Positions 54,428-64,000 of a stretch of DNA of 64,000 bases are shown one piece after another (the first letter of the stretch is position 1; each line of letters begins with the position of its first letter). The stretch covers positions 6,694 through 70,693 of the forward strand of contig JBELHR010000005.1 of the NCBI GenBank assembly GCA_042091275.1, written 5' to 3'. The notes beneath the pieces were generated by a model. The model searched no databases. It was given only the letters and a program-made list of their open reading frames with translations, and had not been told where the DNA came from. The stretch is from Flavobacteriaceae bacterium (GTDB taxonomy: Bacteria > Bacteroidota > Bacteroidia > Flavobacteriales > Flavobacteriaceae). Both the position numbers and the translations under genes were made by a program.

Positions 54428-55939
54428 CTATTCAGAATCCAAGTCCATTAGGCGTTTCGGCAAAGATTTTTTGGTCTTTACACCAAGCTCTTTTAACTTG
54501 TTCGCCTGCCTTACCAAATTGTCATTTCCGGTACTGAGTTGACTGTAAGCATCCTTGTAGGAGTTTTGCGCTTTTTCCATATAGTCTCCTACTCGTTCCA
54601 AGTTACTTACAAAACCGACAAATTTATCGTAGAGTTTAGATCCGCGGTCTGCAATCGCTTGCGTATTTTCATTTTGTCTTTCGCGCTTCCACAAATCCTC
54701 AATTAACTTTAAGGAGGTGATTAAATTTGTTGGATTCAACAGTAATATCCTTTTGTCATAAGCGTACTCCCACAAATTCGAATCGTGCTTTAAGGCTGCA
54801 ACATAAGCGGCCTCTGAAGGAATAAACATCATCACAAAGTCCAACGCTTTGTCGTAATCGTCGTAGCCCTTTTTGCTAAGAGCCAAAATATGGGTTTTAA
54901 TAGCGTTTACATGACCATCTAGTTCCGCAGCTCTAAGGGATTCATCTTCCGCATCCATAGCTCTCGTAAAGGCGTTTAGGGAAACTTTAGAGTCTATGAT
55001 TACTGTTCTGTTGTCGGGATAATTAATTAAGGCGTCTGGACGCATTTTTTTATCGGAGGCATCACTTCTAAGTGCTCTACCCGATTCATCTTCTAATTGC
55101 TTTTCCAAAAAATACTCTTCTCCTTTTCGCAAACCAGATTTTTCTAAAATGCGCTCGAGGATCATCTCTCCCCATCTCCCTTGAGTTTTTACCTCTCCTT
55201 TTAAAGCATTGGTCAAATTACGAGCTTCTTGACTTATACTTTGATTCAGCTCTTGCAGCTCTTTAACTCGTTCTCCAAGAGAAAATCGCTCTTTACTCTC
55301 CTTCATATAAACCTCATCAACTCGCTTTTTAAAGGATTCGATATCTTTATTTAAGGGACTTAGTATCTGTTTTAAATTCTCCTTGTTAGTCTCTGTAAAA
55401 CGGGCAGTCTTTTGTTCTAAAATCTTCGAAGCTATTTGCTCGAACTCCAAATTAAACTTTTTTTGAAGCGCGGTAATCTCTTCCTTTTGAGTATCGAGCT
55501 TTTCTAAAGCAGCTGTCTTTTCGGCAGATGTAGTTGCCAATTCTCGCTGTATCTTATTAAAACTATTTTCTTTCGCTAAAAAACGTTCCTCCAAGGAGTT
55601 CAAAGAGGCTTTGAGTTGTGTAATTTGAAGTTCGGAACCCTCTAGTTTGGCATCGAGAGAAGCCTTAATTTTTTGATTTTCTGAAAAACGATTTTGAGAT
55701 AGTTCCATATCCTCTTCCAAAGATTGATTTCTCACTTTTATCCCTCTCAATTCTTCTGAAATCCGAGCTTGTTTTTCCAACAATTCGATATCCTTGACAT
55801 TGCTTAGATTCAACTCGGATTCCAAGTCTTTTATTCTGTTTTGCAATACTGTTTGATTCGTAAGTTTTGACTTGCTATAAAAAAAACTAGTTAAGCCTCC
55901 CAAGACCAAGCCAATACCTAAACCGATGTATAATTCCAT
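54428..55939 (-). CDS. rmuC: DNA recombination protein RmuC
   Basis: N-terminal TM, long coiled coil, C-terminal RmuC nuclease-like block (RPDALINYPDNRTVIIDSKVSL, FVMMFIPSEA). Confidence 0.9.
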   Translation of the reverse strand: MELYIGLGIGLVLGGLTSFFYSKSKLTNQTVLQNRIKDLESELNLSNVKDIELLEKQARISEELRGIKVRNQSLEEDMELSQNRFSENQKIKASLDAKLEGSELQITQLKASLNSLEERFLAKENSFNKIQRELATTSAEKTAALEKLDTQKEEITALQKKFNLEFEQIASKILEQKTARFTETNKENLKQILSPLNKDIESFKKRVDEVYMKESKERFSLGERVKELQELNQSISQEARNLTNALKGEVKTQGRWGEMILERILEKSGLRKGEEYFLEKQLEDESGRALRSDASDKKMRPDALINYPDNRTVIIDSKVSLNAFTRAMDAEDESLRAAELDGHVNAIKTHILALSKKGYDDYDKALDFVMMFIPSEAAYVAALKHDSNLWEYAYDKRILLLNPTNLITSLKLIEDLWKRERQNENTQAIADRGSKLYDKFVGFVSNLERVGDYMEKAQNSYKDAYSQLSTGNDNLVRQANKLKELGVKTKKSLPKRLMDLDSE

Positions 55940-56024
55940 AAAATAGCGTTAATTCGTTCAAATTTATAAAATTATTTAGGCTTTTTGACGAAAAATCATT
56001 TATTTGCAAGAAACCCCGTTTTAA

Positions 56025-56909
56025 ATGGAAATACCAGAAATTCCAAATTTAATCCACTACGCAATACCTCTTTTTGTATTGACAATTTTAGCGGAAATAA
56101 TCGTAACGGTTTATGCCAGTTCAAAATCCTACGATTACAAGGATGCTATGACTTCAATCACCATGGGTATTGGTAATGTTTTGGTGGGAATTCTAGCCAA
56201 AGGACTTAGCTTAGGATTTCTTTTTCTCTGCTATCAATTTAGACTTTTTGATATTCCTTTTACCTGGTGGGCATGGATTTTGGTGTTTTTTGGGGAAGAT
56301 TTGACTTATTATTGCCAACACAGAATCGGCCACGAAAGCAGATTTTTCTGGGCATCACACGTGGTACATCACTCCTCACAGAAATACAACCTCTCTACTG
56401 CTGTCCGTCAAACTTGGACGGGAAGTTTTACTGGTTTTTTCTTTACTGGTTGGCTTGCATTATTGGGTTTTCACCCGCTGATGATTGTTACCCAAGGCGC
56501 AATTAGTCTTTTGTATCAATATTGGATTCACACCGAAATGATTGACAAAATGCCACGATGGTTTGAATATATTTTTAATACTCCCTCTCATCATCGCGTA
56601 CACCACGCTACCAACCCTCAATATTTAGATCGCAACCACGCGGGTATTTTAATAATTTGGGATAGAATGTTTGGTACTTTTGAGCCTGAAGTAGAAAAGC
56701 CGGTTTATGGTTTGACACAAAATATTGAAACTCACAATCCAGTAAAAGTGGCTTTTTTGGAATGGTATTATCTTTTGAAAGACGCTTTAACTTCCGCGAA
56801 AAATCCTTGGCAGTCTATCAAATATATGTTTATGCCACCGGGCTGGAAGCACGATGGCACAGGTAAAGTTTCCAAAGATTTACGCAAGGAGTACTTCGAT
56901 AATAAATAG
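56025..56909 (+). CDS. Fatty acid hydroxylase / sterol desaturase family membrane protein
   Basis: His boxes HRIGHE, HVVHHS, HHRVHH. Multi-TM. Confidence 0.8.
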   Translation: MEIPEIPNLIHYAIPLFVLTILAEIIVTVYASSKSYDYKDAMTSITMGIGNVLVGILAKGLSLGFLFLCYQFRLFDIPFTWWAWILVFFGEDLTYYCQHRIGHESRFFWASHVVHHSSQKYNLSTAVRQTWTGSFTGFFFTGWLALLGFHPLMIVTQGAISLLYQYWIHTEMIDKMPRWFEYIFNTPSHHRVHHATNPQYLDRNHAGILIIWDRMFGTFEPEVEKPVYGLTQNIETHNPVKVAFLEWYYLLKDALTSAKNPWQSIKYMFMPPGWKHDGTGKVSKDLRKEYFDNK

Positions 56910-56916
56910 TCTAGTC

Positions 56917-58008
56917 CTACTCAAAATCAAATCTCAGACCTAAAGATATATTTCGCTCTTCTGTATTAGCAAACAGAGGGTTTAAATCGTATTTCACATA
57001 TAGACTAGTACTTTTAAACCCTGCATAAGCACTTAATCCATATATAAAGTTCGATACATTATATCCCCCCTTGGTCTTCTCTTTGTACTTCAAATCATTT
57101 TCGTAGTACTTGATAAATTGCTTGGTTTGGAATCTAAATCCTCCATAACCACCCATACCGAGTCTAAATCCTTTATTCTTTCTAAAAAGCTTATAATCCT
57201 TTCTGTATGTAGGTTTAGAAAAATCAAATTCTAAGTGCAAAGGAAATACGATCTCTATATTCCTCAATCGAGCACTCGTCTTCAACTGTTTTGGATAAGG
57301 AACCAAATTGGTCTGATTTCCATCTATTTCAAAATAATTGTTATTCTTTGGCCTTAGATTATTCCACAATACAGAAAAACCATATTTAAAATAACCCACC
57401 GACCAATTCTCAGCTATCCTGCTAGTTCTGCTTCCTCCTAATTCAAAAAACAGGGAACCGATATTATAGGTAGAGTTATCCAAACTACTCAAACGGTGAT
57501 CTACCAAAGTGTTGTTAGTTCCAAAGGCGAATACAAATTGCGAGCTAGATCGCATTCCATGCGTCTTTTTATATTTATTGTCGTAATAGTACTCCTCGTC
57601 GTCGTCACTCTCCCAATCCCAAGAAGTAGATATTTTCAATTTTCCAATATTGAGTTCCTCCTCAGGCAATTCAAAATATTGAATTTCTCCATTTGCTTTT
57701 GCTTGGACGAGGGTTTGTAATTTTGCCTCTTCGATTGCTACTTGTTCTTCAATTAGATCCGCACTTCTTTCTGCCGCTCGAATCTTAAGGTCCTCCGCCT
57801 GAGATTCAGTGAGCGTACCTGCTTCTTTTTGGGAATTGATTTGAGCCACCTCAACTTTCAACGCTTCCTTTTCTCGCTCGGTTATCTCTGTTATTTCAGC
57901 AGAAATACTCTTTACTTGATCTTCAAAGCTTTTCTCCTGAGCACTTAACCCAAGAACTGTTGAGAAAAATGCTATACCTAATACAATACTCTTAAATTTA
58001 TTCATCAT
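56917..58008 (-). CDS. Predicted outer-membrane beta-barrel protein with N-terminal coiled coil
   Basis: Signal peptide, about 100-aa heptad region, acidic linker (WESDDDEEYYY), alternating beta-strand pattern ending LGLRFDFE. Start overlaps the upstream gene by 11 nt. Confidence 0.5.
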   Translation of the reverse strand: MMNKFKSIVLGIAFFSTVLGLSAQEKSFEDQVKSISAEITEITEREKEALKVEVAQINSQKEAGTLTESQAEDLKIRAAERSADLIEEQVAIEEAKLQTLVQAKANGEIQYFELPEEELNIGKLKISTSWDWESDDDEEYYYDNKYKKTHGMRSSSQFVFAFGTNNTLVDHRLSSLDNSTYNIGSLFFELGGSRTSRIAENWSVGYFKYGFSVLWNNLRPKNNNYFEIDGNQTNLVPYPKQLKTSARLRNIEIVFPLHLEFDFSKPTYRKDYKLFRKNKGFRLGMGGYGGFRFQTKQFIKYYENDLKYKEKTKGGYNVSNFIYGLSAYAGFKSTSLYVKYDLNPLFANTEERNISLGLRFDFE

Positions 58009-58621
58009 CTGTTTTTACTATTCTTGTTTCTATTTCTTTTAAACCTAATTTTACTTTTTCTAAAACCTTTTTCCCAAATTGATTACCCTTAGAGTTTCGC
58101 TCTGCTTCCTCCAAAAGTGTTTTGGGATTTACGGCTAAGACCTGGATCTTCTTTTTATCGCGACTCATTTCACTCTCAACAGAATTCAAAAGCGCAAGAG
58201 CATCCACTTTAATACCAATAATTTCATCCTCTTTAAACTCTTCTGTAATCGCTACTTTATCTATAATTAACTCCGGTGGTTTAAGGGTTTTTACAACTGT
58301 CAATTGAACTTCTTTATACTTGCTATATCCTAAAGGTGCTCGATTTAATAGGGAGGGAACTGCACTCGAATTCAAATTGCTAAATGTGGGCTGAGATCCA
58401 ATTTTCAGAGATTTGACATTTGGTCTCGAATTTGGGAGCAGTACTAAAAATAAAAGTATTGCAGCAGCAGAGACAAGTGCTATATATCTGTAACTTTTGG
58501 AACGTTTTTTTGGTTCAGCCTCCAATTCATTTGATAATCTAGACCAAACATCGGGGTTCACAGGACTACTGCCCGAACGCAATCCCTCTTTAAATATTTT
58601 ATCTAAGGTATTCGACTTCAT
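57998..58621 (-). CDS. Putative anti-sigma factor (single-pass membrane protein)
   Basis: Lies directly downstream of, and overlapping, the ECF sigma gene. Central TM (YIALVSAAAILLFLVLL). Start is uncertain (58621 or 58645). Confidence 0.5.
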   Translation of the reverse strand: MKSNTLDKIFKEGLRSGSSPVNPDVWSRLSNELEAEPKKRSKSYRYIALVSAAAILLFLVLLPNSRPNVKSLKIGSQPTFSNLNSSAVPSLLNRAPLGYSKYKEVQLTVVKTLKPPELIIDKVAITEEFKEDEIIGIKVDALALLNSVESEMSRDKKKIQVLAVNPKTLLEEAERNSKGNQFGKKVLEKVKLGLKEIETRIVKTDDE

Positions 58622-59165
58622 AACCTCTTGTTTTTTGTAATTCATTTTGTAATATCTTCCTAGCTCTGGAAAGATGTGTCTTGGATGCACCTTCAGAAAT
58701 TTGAAGTAATTCCCCTATTTCTTTGTGCTTATAACCCTCTATTGCGTAAAGGTTAAAAATTGTCTTTGCTAAAGGTTTTAAAACATTTAATGCTCTGAGT
58801 AAATCCTCTTCCTCAAACTCCTTGCTTCCGGAATCCATTGGCTCGAGTTCCTCTCCAGAGGGAAAATCCTCTAAACTCAAGAAATGTTTTGTCTTTCTCA
58901 GCTCGTCTAGACAAGTCCTTACCATAATCTTCCTTATCCACCCCTCTAAGCTCCCTTCTCTTTTAAACGTATCCAACTTGTCATAAACTTTTAAAAACCC
59001 CTTTAAAAGACATTCTTGGGCTAAATATTCGTCCTGAAAATAACGCTTACAAACAAAAAACATCTTATTGCTGTATTTCTGATAAAACTCCTCTTGCGCT
59101 CGTCTCTCTTTTTTAAGACAGCGATCCAGCAGTTTAATCTCTCTGTTTATTTTAATTATTTTCAA
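58599..59165 (-). CDS. ECF-type RNA polymerase sigma-70 family factor
   Basis: Region 2 (FFVCKRYFQDEYLAQECLLKGFLKVY...GWIRKIM) and region 4 HTH (GYKHKEIGELLQISEGASKTHLSRAR). Confidence 0.85.
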   Translation of the reverse strand: MKIIKINREIKLLDRCLKKERRAQEEFYQKYSNKMFFVCKRYFQDEYLAQECLLKGFLKVYDKLDTFKREGSLEGWIRKIMVRTCLDELRKTKHFLSLEDFPSGEELEPMDSGSKEFEEEDLLRALNVLKPLAKTIFNLYAIEGYKHKEIGELLQISEGASKTHLSRARKILQNELQKTRGYEVEYLR

Positions 59166-59231
59166 AGTTTGGTACGTGTATTTTAAACTAAGACGACAGG
59201 TTTGTAAAAAAGGTTACAAACAAATAAAAAA

Positions 59232-61682
59232 TTAATACGGATCTACGTCGCAAGTAAATCTAATAGACCTAAAATCTGCAATACCCTCAAAGTGATTATT
59301 CACCTTTTGAATATGATTTTTAGTAGCTTTCAAAGAGTTTGTCTTTGGGATCTTTAAAATTAGATGTCTGATATATAAGTTTTTCACTCGGGCTACAGCA
59401 GGTGTACTGGGTCCCAACACCAGATCTCCAAATGCGGATTTCAAGGAGTCTGCATACCAATTCGCTCCGGACTGTACTCTGTTCTGATCCTTGTGCTTAA
59501 AGGTAAACTTGATTATTTTATAAAATGGTGGATACTTAAACTGATAGCGCTCTTCGAGCTGCTCCTTGTACATCTCTTTGTAATCGTAACGCGATACCTG
59601 TTGTAATATTTGATGATATGGATTGTAGGTTTGAATTAAAACCTTTCCACGCTCAATTGCCCGACCCGATCTACCTGCTACTTGAGTCAGCAGCTGATAA
59701 CTATTTTCATGGGCCCGAAAATCGGGAAAATTCAACAAGCGATCTGCCTGCATAACACCGACTAGCCCCACATGATCAAAATCCAATCCTTTAGTCAGCA
59801 TTTGAGTTCCAACCAAAATATCAATCGCTCCCCGTTCAAAGTCAGAAATTAATTCCTCAAAGGCATTCTTCCTCCTGGTAGCATCCAAATCCATTCTAGC
59901 CACTTTCTTTGTGGGGAACAACACACTGACTTCTTTTGCCACTTGTTCAGTACCAAATCCTTTTACATCTAACTCTGAACTGCCACAGGCTCCGCATTGC
60001 TTCTGAACCTTTTCTTTGTAAAAACAATAGTGACACCGCAATTCGTCGGCATATTTATGATAGGTCAAACTGACATCACAATTCGGACATTGTGGAGTAT
60101 GCCCACATGTATTACACTCCATAACTGGAGCATATCCCCTGCGATTTTGAAACAAAATAACCTGTCTTCCCGACTCTAAAACAGAACTTATTTCCTGAAT
60201 CAATGTGTCGGAGAAATTACCAGTCATTCTTTTCTTGCGATACTTTTCTTTGATATCAATCAAGGATACCTCGGGCTCCATAATTCGATTAAAACGTTGA
60301 TTGAGATCGACAAAGCCATATTTTCCTTGAACCACATTATAGGAGGATTCCAACGACGGAGTGGCAGATCCCAACAATACCTTTGCACCGTGCATTTGAG
60401 CCAAAACAATGGCACTATCCCTCGCTTGAAACCTTGGAGCTGGATTTTGCTGCTTATAAGACGCTTCGTGCTCTTCGTCGACGATAATTAAATCTAGATT
60501 GGTAAAAGGCAAAAACAAAGTGGAGCGGGTGCCGACAACCAATCTTCCCCGACTTGGATTGTCTTGGAGTTGATGCCATACCTCTGCCCTTTCCTGGGCG
60601 TTATATTTGGAGTGGTAGACCAAAATATCATCTCCAAAATAATTTGAAAGTCGCGATATAATTTGGGTAGTCAAACCAATCTCAGGTAACATCAACAAGA
60701 CCTGTTTACCCCTATTTATGGCCTCTTGAATCAAGGAAGCATAGACATGGGTTTTACCACTACCCGTAACTCCCTTAAAAAGACAGGTAAAATGAGACTC
60801 AAACTGCTTTAATACAGAATTTTTAGCCTCTTGTTGTGCAGGAGATAATTCCCCTAAATCTCGACTTTTGGAACCAAATGAAACTCTGTATTCCTTTAGA
60901 TCCTCTCGAATTAAAATTTCTTTTTTTATCAAGCCTTTAATCACGGCCATCGATACTCCAGATGCTTTCTCGAGTTCTTTTAGTTTTATGAGATCTCCAT
61001 TTTCTCCCTGTAAAGAAAAATAGGTCATCAGCGCAATTCTCTGCTTTTCCGAACGCGATATTAGCTCAAATAAACCTCTTTTGGATTCCTCTGTCAAATA
61101 GTGGTCCGATAGACGTACATAGGCGATTAGTTTATCTTTGTAGTTGTCAAAAACCTTGTCTTCGATCAAAATAAGCTTCTTATCTGCTAAGGCTTGAACA
61201 ATAGCATAGACATTTTTTTGATTGAGTACCTCTTCAATTTTTGATAGAGACAAGCTACTTGCGGTCTGTAGAGACTCGTAAATTAAGTACTCTTTGTCAT
61301 TTAAAGCCTCTATATCCTCTTGATCGGATCCCACCCAACTAACAAATTGATCGCTTTCCAATCGAAACAGAGCTGGAAGAGCACCGGAGTATACTTCTCC
61401 CATACTCGTGAGGTAATACTCGGACATCCAGGACCAAAACTTAAATTGAATAGGACTGATAAGTGGGCGCGTATCCAAGAGGTATTTTATACTCTTGGCT
61501 ATATAGGCCTCGGGTGCAATTAAATGTTTTTTAAATACTAGGCCCGTATAGGTTTTTCTCTTTCCAAAAGGTACAGAAACGCGCATACCTGCCTCTATGA
61601 CTTGGTATTCTTCTTCCGTGACAGAATAAGTAAATAGCCTCTTTAGGGGCAAGGGAAGTATTACATCTACAAAATAGGACAA
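59232..61682 (-). CDS. priA: Primosomal replication-restart helicase PriA
   Basis: GVTGSGKT, DEEHE, Cys-rich Zn insertion (CNTCGHTPQCPNCD...CHYC...CGACG), QVAGRSGR. Apparent TTG start. Confidence 0.9.
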   Translation of the reverse strand: MSYFVDVILPLPLKRLFTYSVTEEEYQVIEAGMRVSVPFGKRKTYTGLVFKKHLIAPEAYIAKSIKYLLDTRPLISPIQFKFWSWMSEYYLTSMGEVYSGALPALFRLESDQFVSWVGSDQEDIEALNDKEYLIYESLQTASSLSLSKIEEVLNQKNVYAIVQALADKKLILIEDKVFDNYKDKLIAYVRLSDHYLTEESKRGLFELISRSEKQRIALMTYFSLQGENGDLIKLKELEKASGVSMAVIKGLIKKEILIREDLKEYRVSFGSKSRDLGELSPAQQEAKNSVLKQFESHFTCLFKGVTGSGKTHVYASLIQEAINRGKQVLLMLPEIGLTTQIISRLSNYFGDDILVYHSKYNAQERAEVWHQLQDNPSRGRLVVGTRSTLFLPFTNLDLIIVDEEHEASYKQQNPAPRFQARDSAIVLAQMHGAKVLLGSATPSLESSYNVVQGKYGFVDLNQRFNRIMEPEVSLIDIKEKYRKKRMTGNFSDTLIQEISSVLESGRQVILFQNRRGYAPVMECNTCGHTPQCPNCDVSLTYHKYADELRCHYCFYKEKVQKQCGACGSSELDVKGFGTEQVAKEVSVLFPTKKVARMDLDATRRKNAFEELISDFERGAIDILVGTQMLTKGLDFDHVGLVGVMQADRLLNFPDFRAHENSYQLLTQVAGRSGRAIERGKVLIQTYNPYHQILQQVSRYDYKEMYKEQLEERYQFKYPPFYKIIKFTFKHKDQNRVQSGANWYADSLKSAFGDLVLGPSTPAVARVKNLYIRHLILKIPKTNSLKATKNHIQKVNNHFEGIADFRSIRFTCDVDPY

Positions 61683-61717
61683 GCGCTTTCTCTTTTGAGG
61701 TAAATGTAATAAATTCT

Positions 61718-62881
61718 TTATTGTTGCTTGCTCTCTTTTCTACTACCTTGATACATATCGTAACGAACTAACCTACAATCTAATGGACCGTTTTTTAGAA
61801 TAATTCTTTTAGAAGTTCTCAGTCCCACATGTTTTAAAGCGTCTAGGTCAGAGGTGATGAACCATACCGTTGTATCCGGATAAGACTTTTTTAAGGTATC
61901 TCCGATATTTCGGTAAAAGTTTTGGATTTCATCCATTTGTAAACGCTCTCCATAAGGCGGATTAAACATCAACATAGTCCTACCAAAGACCTCTTTGTTT
62001 GACAAGAAAAAATTCACGTGATGTACTCCTATAAATTCTTCTAAGTTGGCGTTTTTCACATTGTCTTGTGCTTTTCTAACCGCAGAAGGAGCTTTGTCAA
62101 AGCCCATAATTTTACATGGGGAGCTCCTTATTTTTTTTAGAAGAGACTCTTGAATAATAAAAAACAAATCCTCGTCAAAATCATTCCAATTTTCAAAGCC
62201 AAAATGTTTTCTATTTATATTGGCAGGAATTTGATTTGCAATCATCGCAGCCTCAATCAACAAGGTACCAGAACCACACATGGGATCTATCAGGTTTTGA
62301 TCTCCATTATAACCGGCTAGCAATAACATTCCAGCTGCTAAAACCTCGTTAATCGGTGCCAAATTGGTTGCGGACCTATACCCTCTTTTATGCAGTGACA
62401 TACCGCTACTATCCAGTGAAACGGTACAAAAATCTTTGGAGATATGAATATGTATTGCCAAATCAGGATACTTGGCATCAATATCAGGTCTCTTTTCGTA
62501 TTTCTCGCGAAAATAATCGACAATAGCGTCTTTGGTTTTCAAAGTAACGTAGTGAGAATTATTACTCACTTGGGTTTGATGAATGGCAGCATTGATAATA
62601 AAACTTCCATCGACCTCTAAGTATTTATCCCAACGAATTTGTTTTACCTTCTTGTACAAATCCTCTTCGTCACGAACTTTGAAACGCTTGATTGGCTTTA
62701 AGATTCGAATGGCTGTTCTAAGCGCAATATTCGCTTTGTACATAAAACCCTTATCTCCTTGAAAACTTACACTTCTATTACCTTGTTTTACTTCCTGAGC
62801 ACCGAGGTCCGTAAGTTCCTTTGCCAAAACTTCTTCCAAACCAAATAAGGTTGTGGCTGTCATTTGAAAATTTTCCTGCAT
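61718..62881 (-). CDS. THUMP domain-containing class I SAM-dependent RNA methyltransferase
   Basis: N-terminal THUMP-like region, DPMCGSGTLLIEAA SAM motif, NPPYGERL catalytic motif. Start at 62881 or 62863. Confidence 0.85.
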   Translation of the reverse strand: MQENFQMTATTLFGLEEVLAKELTDLGAQEVKQGNRSVSFQGDKGFMYKANIALRTAIRILKPIKRFKVRDEEDLYKKVKQIRWDKYLEVDGSFIINAAIHQTQVSNNSHYVTLKTKDAIVDYFREKYEKRPDIDAKYPDLAIHIHISKDFCTVSLDSSGMSLHKRGYRSATNLAPINEVLAAGMLLLAGYNGDQNLIDPMCGSGTLLIEAAMIANQIPANINRKHFGFENWNDFDEDLFFIIQESLLKKIRSSPCKIMGFDKAPSAVRKAQDNVKNANLEEFIGVHHVNFFLSNKEVFGRTMLMFNPPYGERLQMDEIQNFYRNIGDTLKKSYPDTTVWFITSDLDALKHVGLRTSKRIILKNGPLDCRLVRYDMYQGSRKESKQQ

Positions 62882-62987
62882 TTCTGTCGTTTAAGTAGTG
62901 CAAATTTAGACAAACTAAATGGACTGACAGGCTGTGGCATTTTAAATATTTTTTTGGCTACTTTTGCAGGATTAATTTTTGAATTGC

Positions 62988-63656
62988 ATGGTCCAATTAT
63001 ATTTATTTATTACCGTAATTTTGGCGGCTCTTTTTGTGACGAGGATAACCCTCAAAACCGATCAAATAGGGCTACTTTTATCCTTTAGTGGTGCCTTTCT
63101 GCTGTCTGTTACTGTTCTCCACCTCTTACCTGATTTTTACCAATTGGACATCCATAATATGGGAATTTATATCCTTCTAGGTATACTTGTGCAATCCATA
63201 CTAGAATTCTTTTCTCAAGGTGCTGAACACGGACATATACACTCTCAAGAAAACAAAAGATTTCCTTGGCTTCTATTTATAGGGCTTAGTGTACACGCTT
63301 TTTTTGAAGGTATCCCCGTAAACGAACATTCCAATCAGGCTTTACTATCAGCCATAATTATACACAAAGTTCCGGTAGCAATGGTATTGGCTACTTTTTT
63401 AAGAAATTCAGAGATACCAAAGAAACAGGCTTGGGCTTTAATTGTGTTTTTTGCCTTGATGAGTCCTCTAGGAAGTTATTTATCGATCAATAACACTTTT
63501 ATTTCCGACTATAAAACTGAAATAGACGGCTTTATTATTGGGGTCTTTTTGCATATTTCAACGATTATACTTTTTGAAAGTTCCAAGAACCACCAATTCA
63601 ATTTAATCAAGTTTATTAGTGTTCTTTTAGGATTTGGCCTCGCATTTTGGGCTTAA
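62988..63656 (+). CDS. ZIP family metal transporter
   Basis: Multi-TM. HAFFEGIPV and IIHKVPVAMVLA motifs. ATG at 62988 preferred over TTG at 62979. A TACTTTTG -7-like box lies at 62959-62966. Confidence 0.85.
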   Translation: MVQLYLFITVILAALFVTRITLKTDQIGLLLSFSGAFLLSVTVLHLLPDFYQLDIHNMGIYILLGILVQSILEFFSQGAEHGHIHSQENKRFPWLLFIGLSVHAFFEGIPVNEHSNQALLSAIIIHKVPVAMVLATFLRNSEIPKKQAWALIVFFALMSPLGSYLSINNTFISDYKTEIDGFIIGVFLHISTIILFESSKNHQFNLIKFISVLLGFGLAFWA

Positions 63657-63691
63657 TATTTGTTATTTTTGAATAATTAAAATTTAAACTG

Positions 63692-64000
63692 GTGAATCGT
63701 CTCTTAAACCTAATAATCTTTTTCTTAGCTCTGAGTCAATCCGTATTGGGTCAAGACAAGCGAATTAAAATACTTCCTTCAGAAAATATTTCTTATCGAG
63801 ATGAAGCTAATTTTCCTGGTGCTGATATTTTGATTGGAGAGGTAAAAATAGCCCACGAGGGTGCTATTCTAACTTGTAAAAAAGCCTTTTATTATCAAGA
63901 GAAAAACTTTTTCAAGGCCATTGGTAATGTAAAAATAAATCAAGGAGACACCTTAATTCAGACCAGTGATTACGTGGATTACGATGCCGATCGAAAATAT
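63692..64000 (+). CDS. LptD/OstA-like outer-membrane protein, 5' fragment (runs off the window)
   Basis: Not in the ORF track. A GTG at 63692 opens a frame that stays open to the window end. Signal peptide LNLIIFFLALSQSVLGQ, then OstA-N-like GEVKIAHEGAILTCKKAFYYQEKNFFKAIGNVKINQGDT. Confidence 0.5.
   Translation, partial: MNRLLNLIIFFLALSQSVLGQDKRIKILPSENISYRDEANFPGADILIGEVKIAHEGAILTCKKAFYYQEKNFFKAIGNVKINQGDTLIQTSDYVDYDADRKY

Noticed and set aside
59200-59221. 8-bp hairpin GTTTGTAA-N6-TTACAAAC between priA and the ECF sigma gene, considered as a terminator.
   Set aside because: The stem is AT-rich and no T-run follows on the relevant (minus) strand. The evidence is too weak.
1-64000. Search for CRISPR arrays, IS elements or transposases, prophage or integrative elements, restriction-modification or other defence islands, and rRNA genes.
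   Set aside because: I saw no regularly spaced repeats and no transposase, phage or defence-type ORFs in the six-frame track. No non-coding gap is large enough for rRNA, tmRNA or RNase P RNA. Every large ORF has a plausible housekeeping assignment.

Overview
An AT-rich, gene-dense stretch of core chromosome that looks like Bacteroidota, probably Flavobacteriia. The taxon call rests on three exact TTG-N19-TAnnTTTG promoters and on family content: BshB1, DUF3822, DUF4105/Lnb-like, a cyclophilin-FKBP fusion and an LptD/OstA-like protein. I can support about 66 protein-coding genes, nearly all housekeeping. They cover envelope and LPS functions (tatC, lptB, pssA, kdsC, an lptD-like 5' fragment), DNA repair and replication (xerD, nth, uvrA, recQ, priA, rmuC, a RecD/Pif1-like helicase), RNA and translation (rny, prfC, fmt, rsmD, a THUMP methyltransferase), redox (bcp, gpx, bshB1, oxyR, an AhpD-like protein) and assorted metabolism. 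There are two tRNA genes, His-GUG and a CAU-anticodon tRNA, and roughly a dozen clear hairpin plus T-run terminators. I saw no rRNA, CRISPR array, IS element, prophage, integron or recognisable defence island. Start codons were re-picked where the ORF track runs into implausible N-terminal extensions. I found no convincing new multi-gene system. The best leads are: (1) a roughly 165-nt structured element capped by a terminator between zapA and rny, which could be a 6S-like sRNA or an rny leader; (2) a tightly packed helicase-PPK2-PPK2-Smr gene string; (3) a three-gene ECF sigma / anti-sigma / coiled-coil beta-barrel module; (4) a divergent DUF1338 (HglS-like) and YdiJ-like pair with a palindrome in the spacer; (5) an orphan Rieske oxygenase translationally coupled to an APC permease. 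Several single-gene oddities are also listed. All homology calls come from motif recognition by eye, with no database search.
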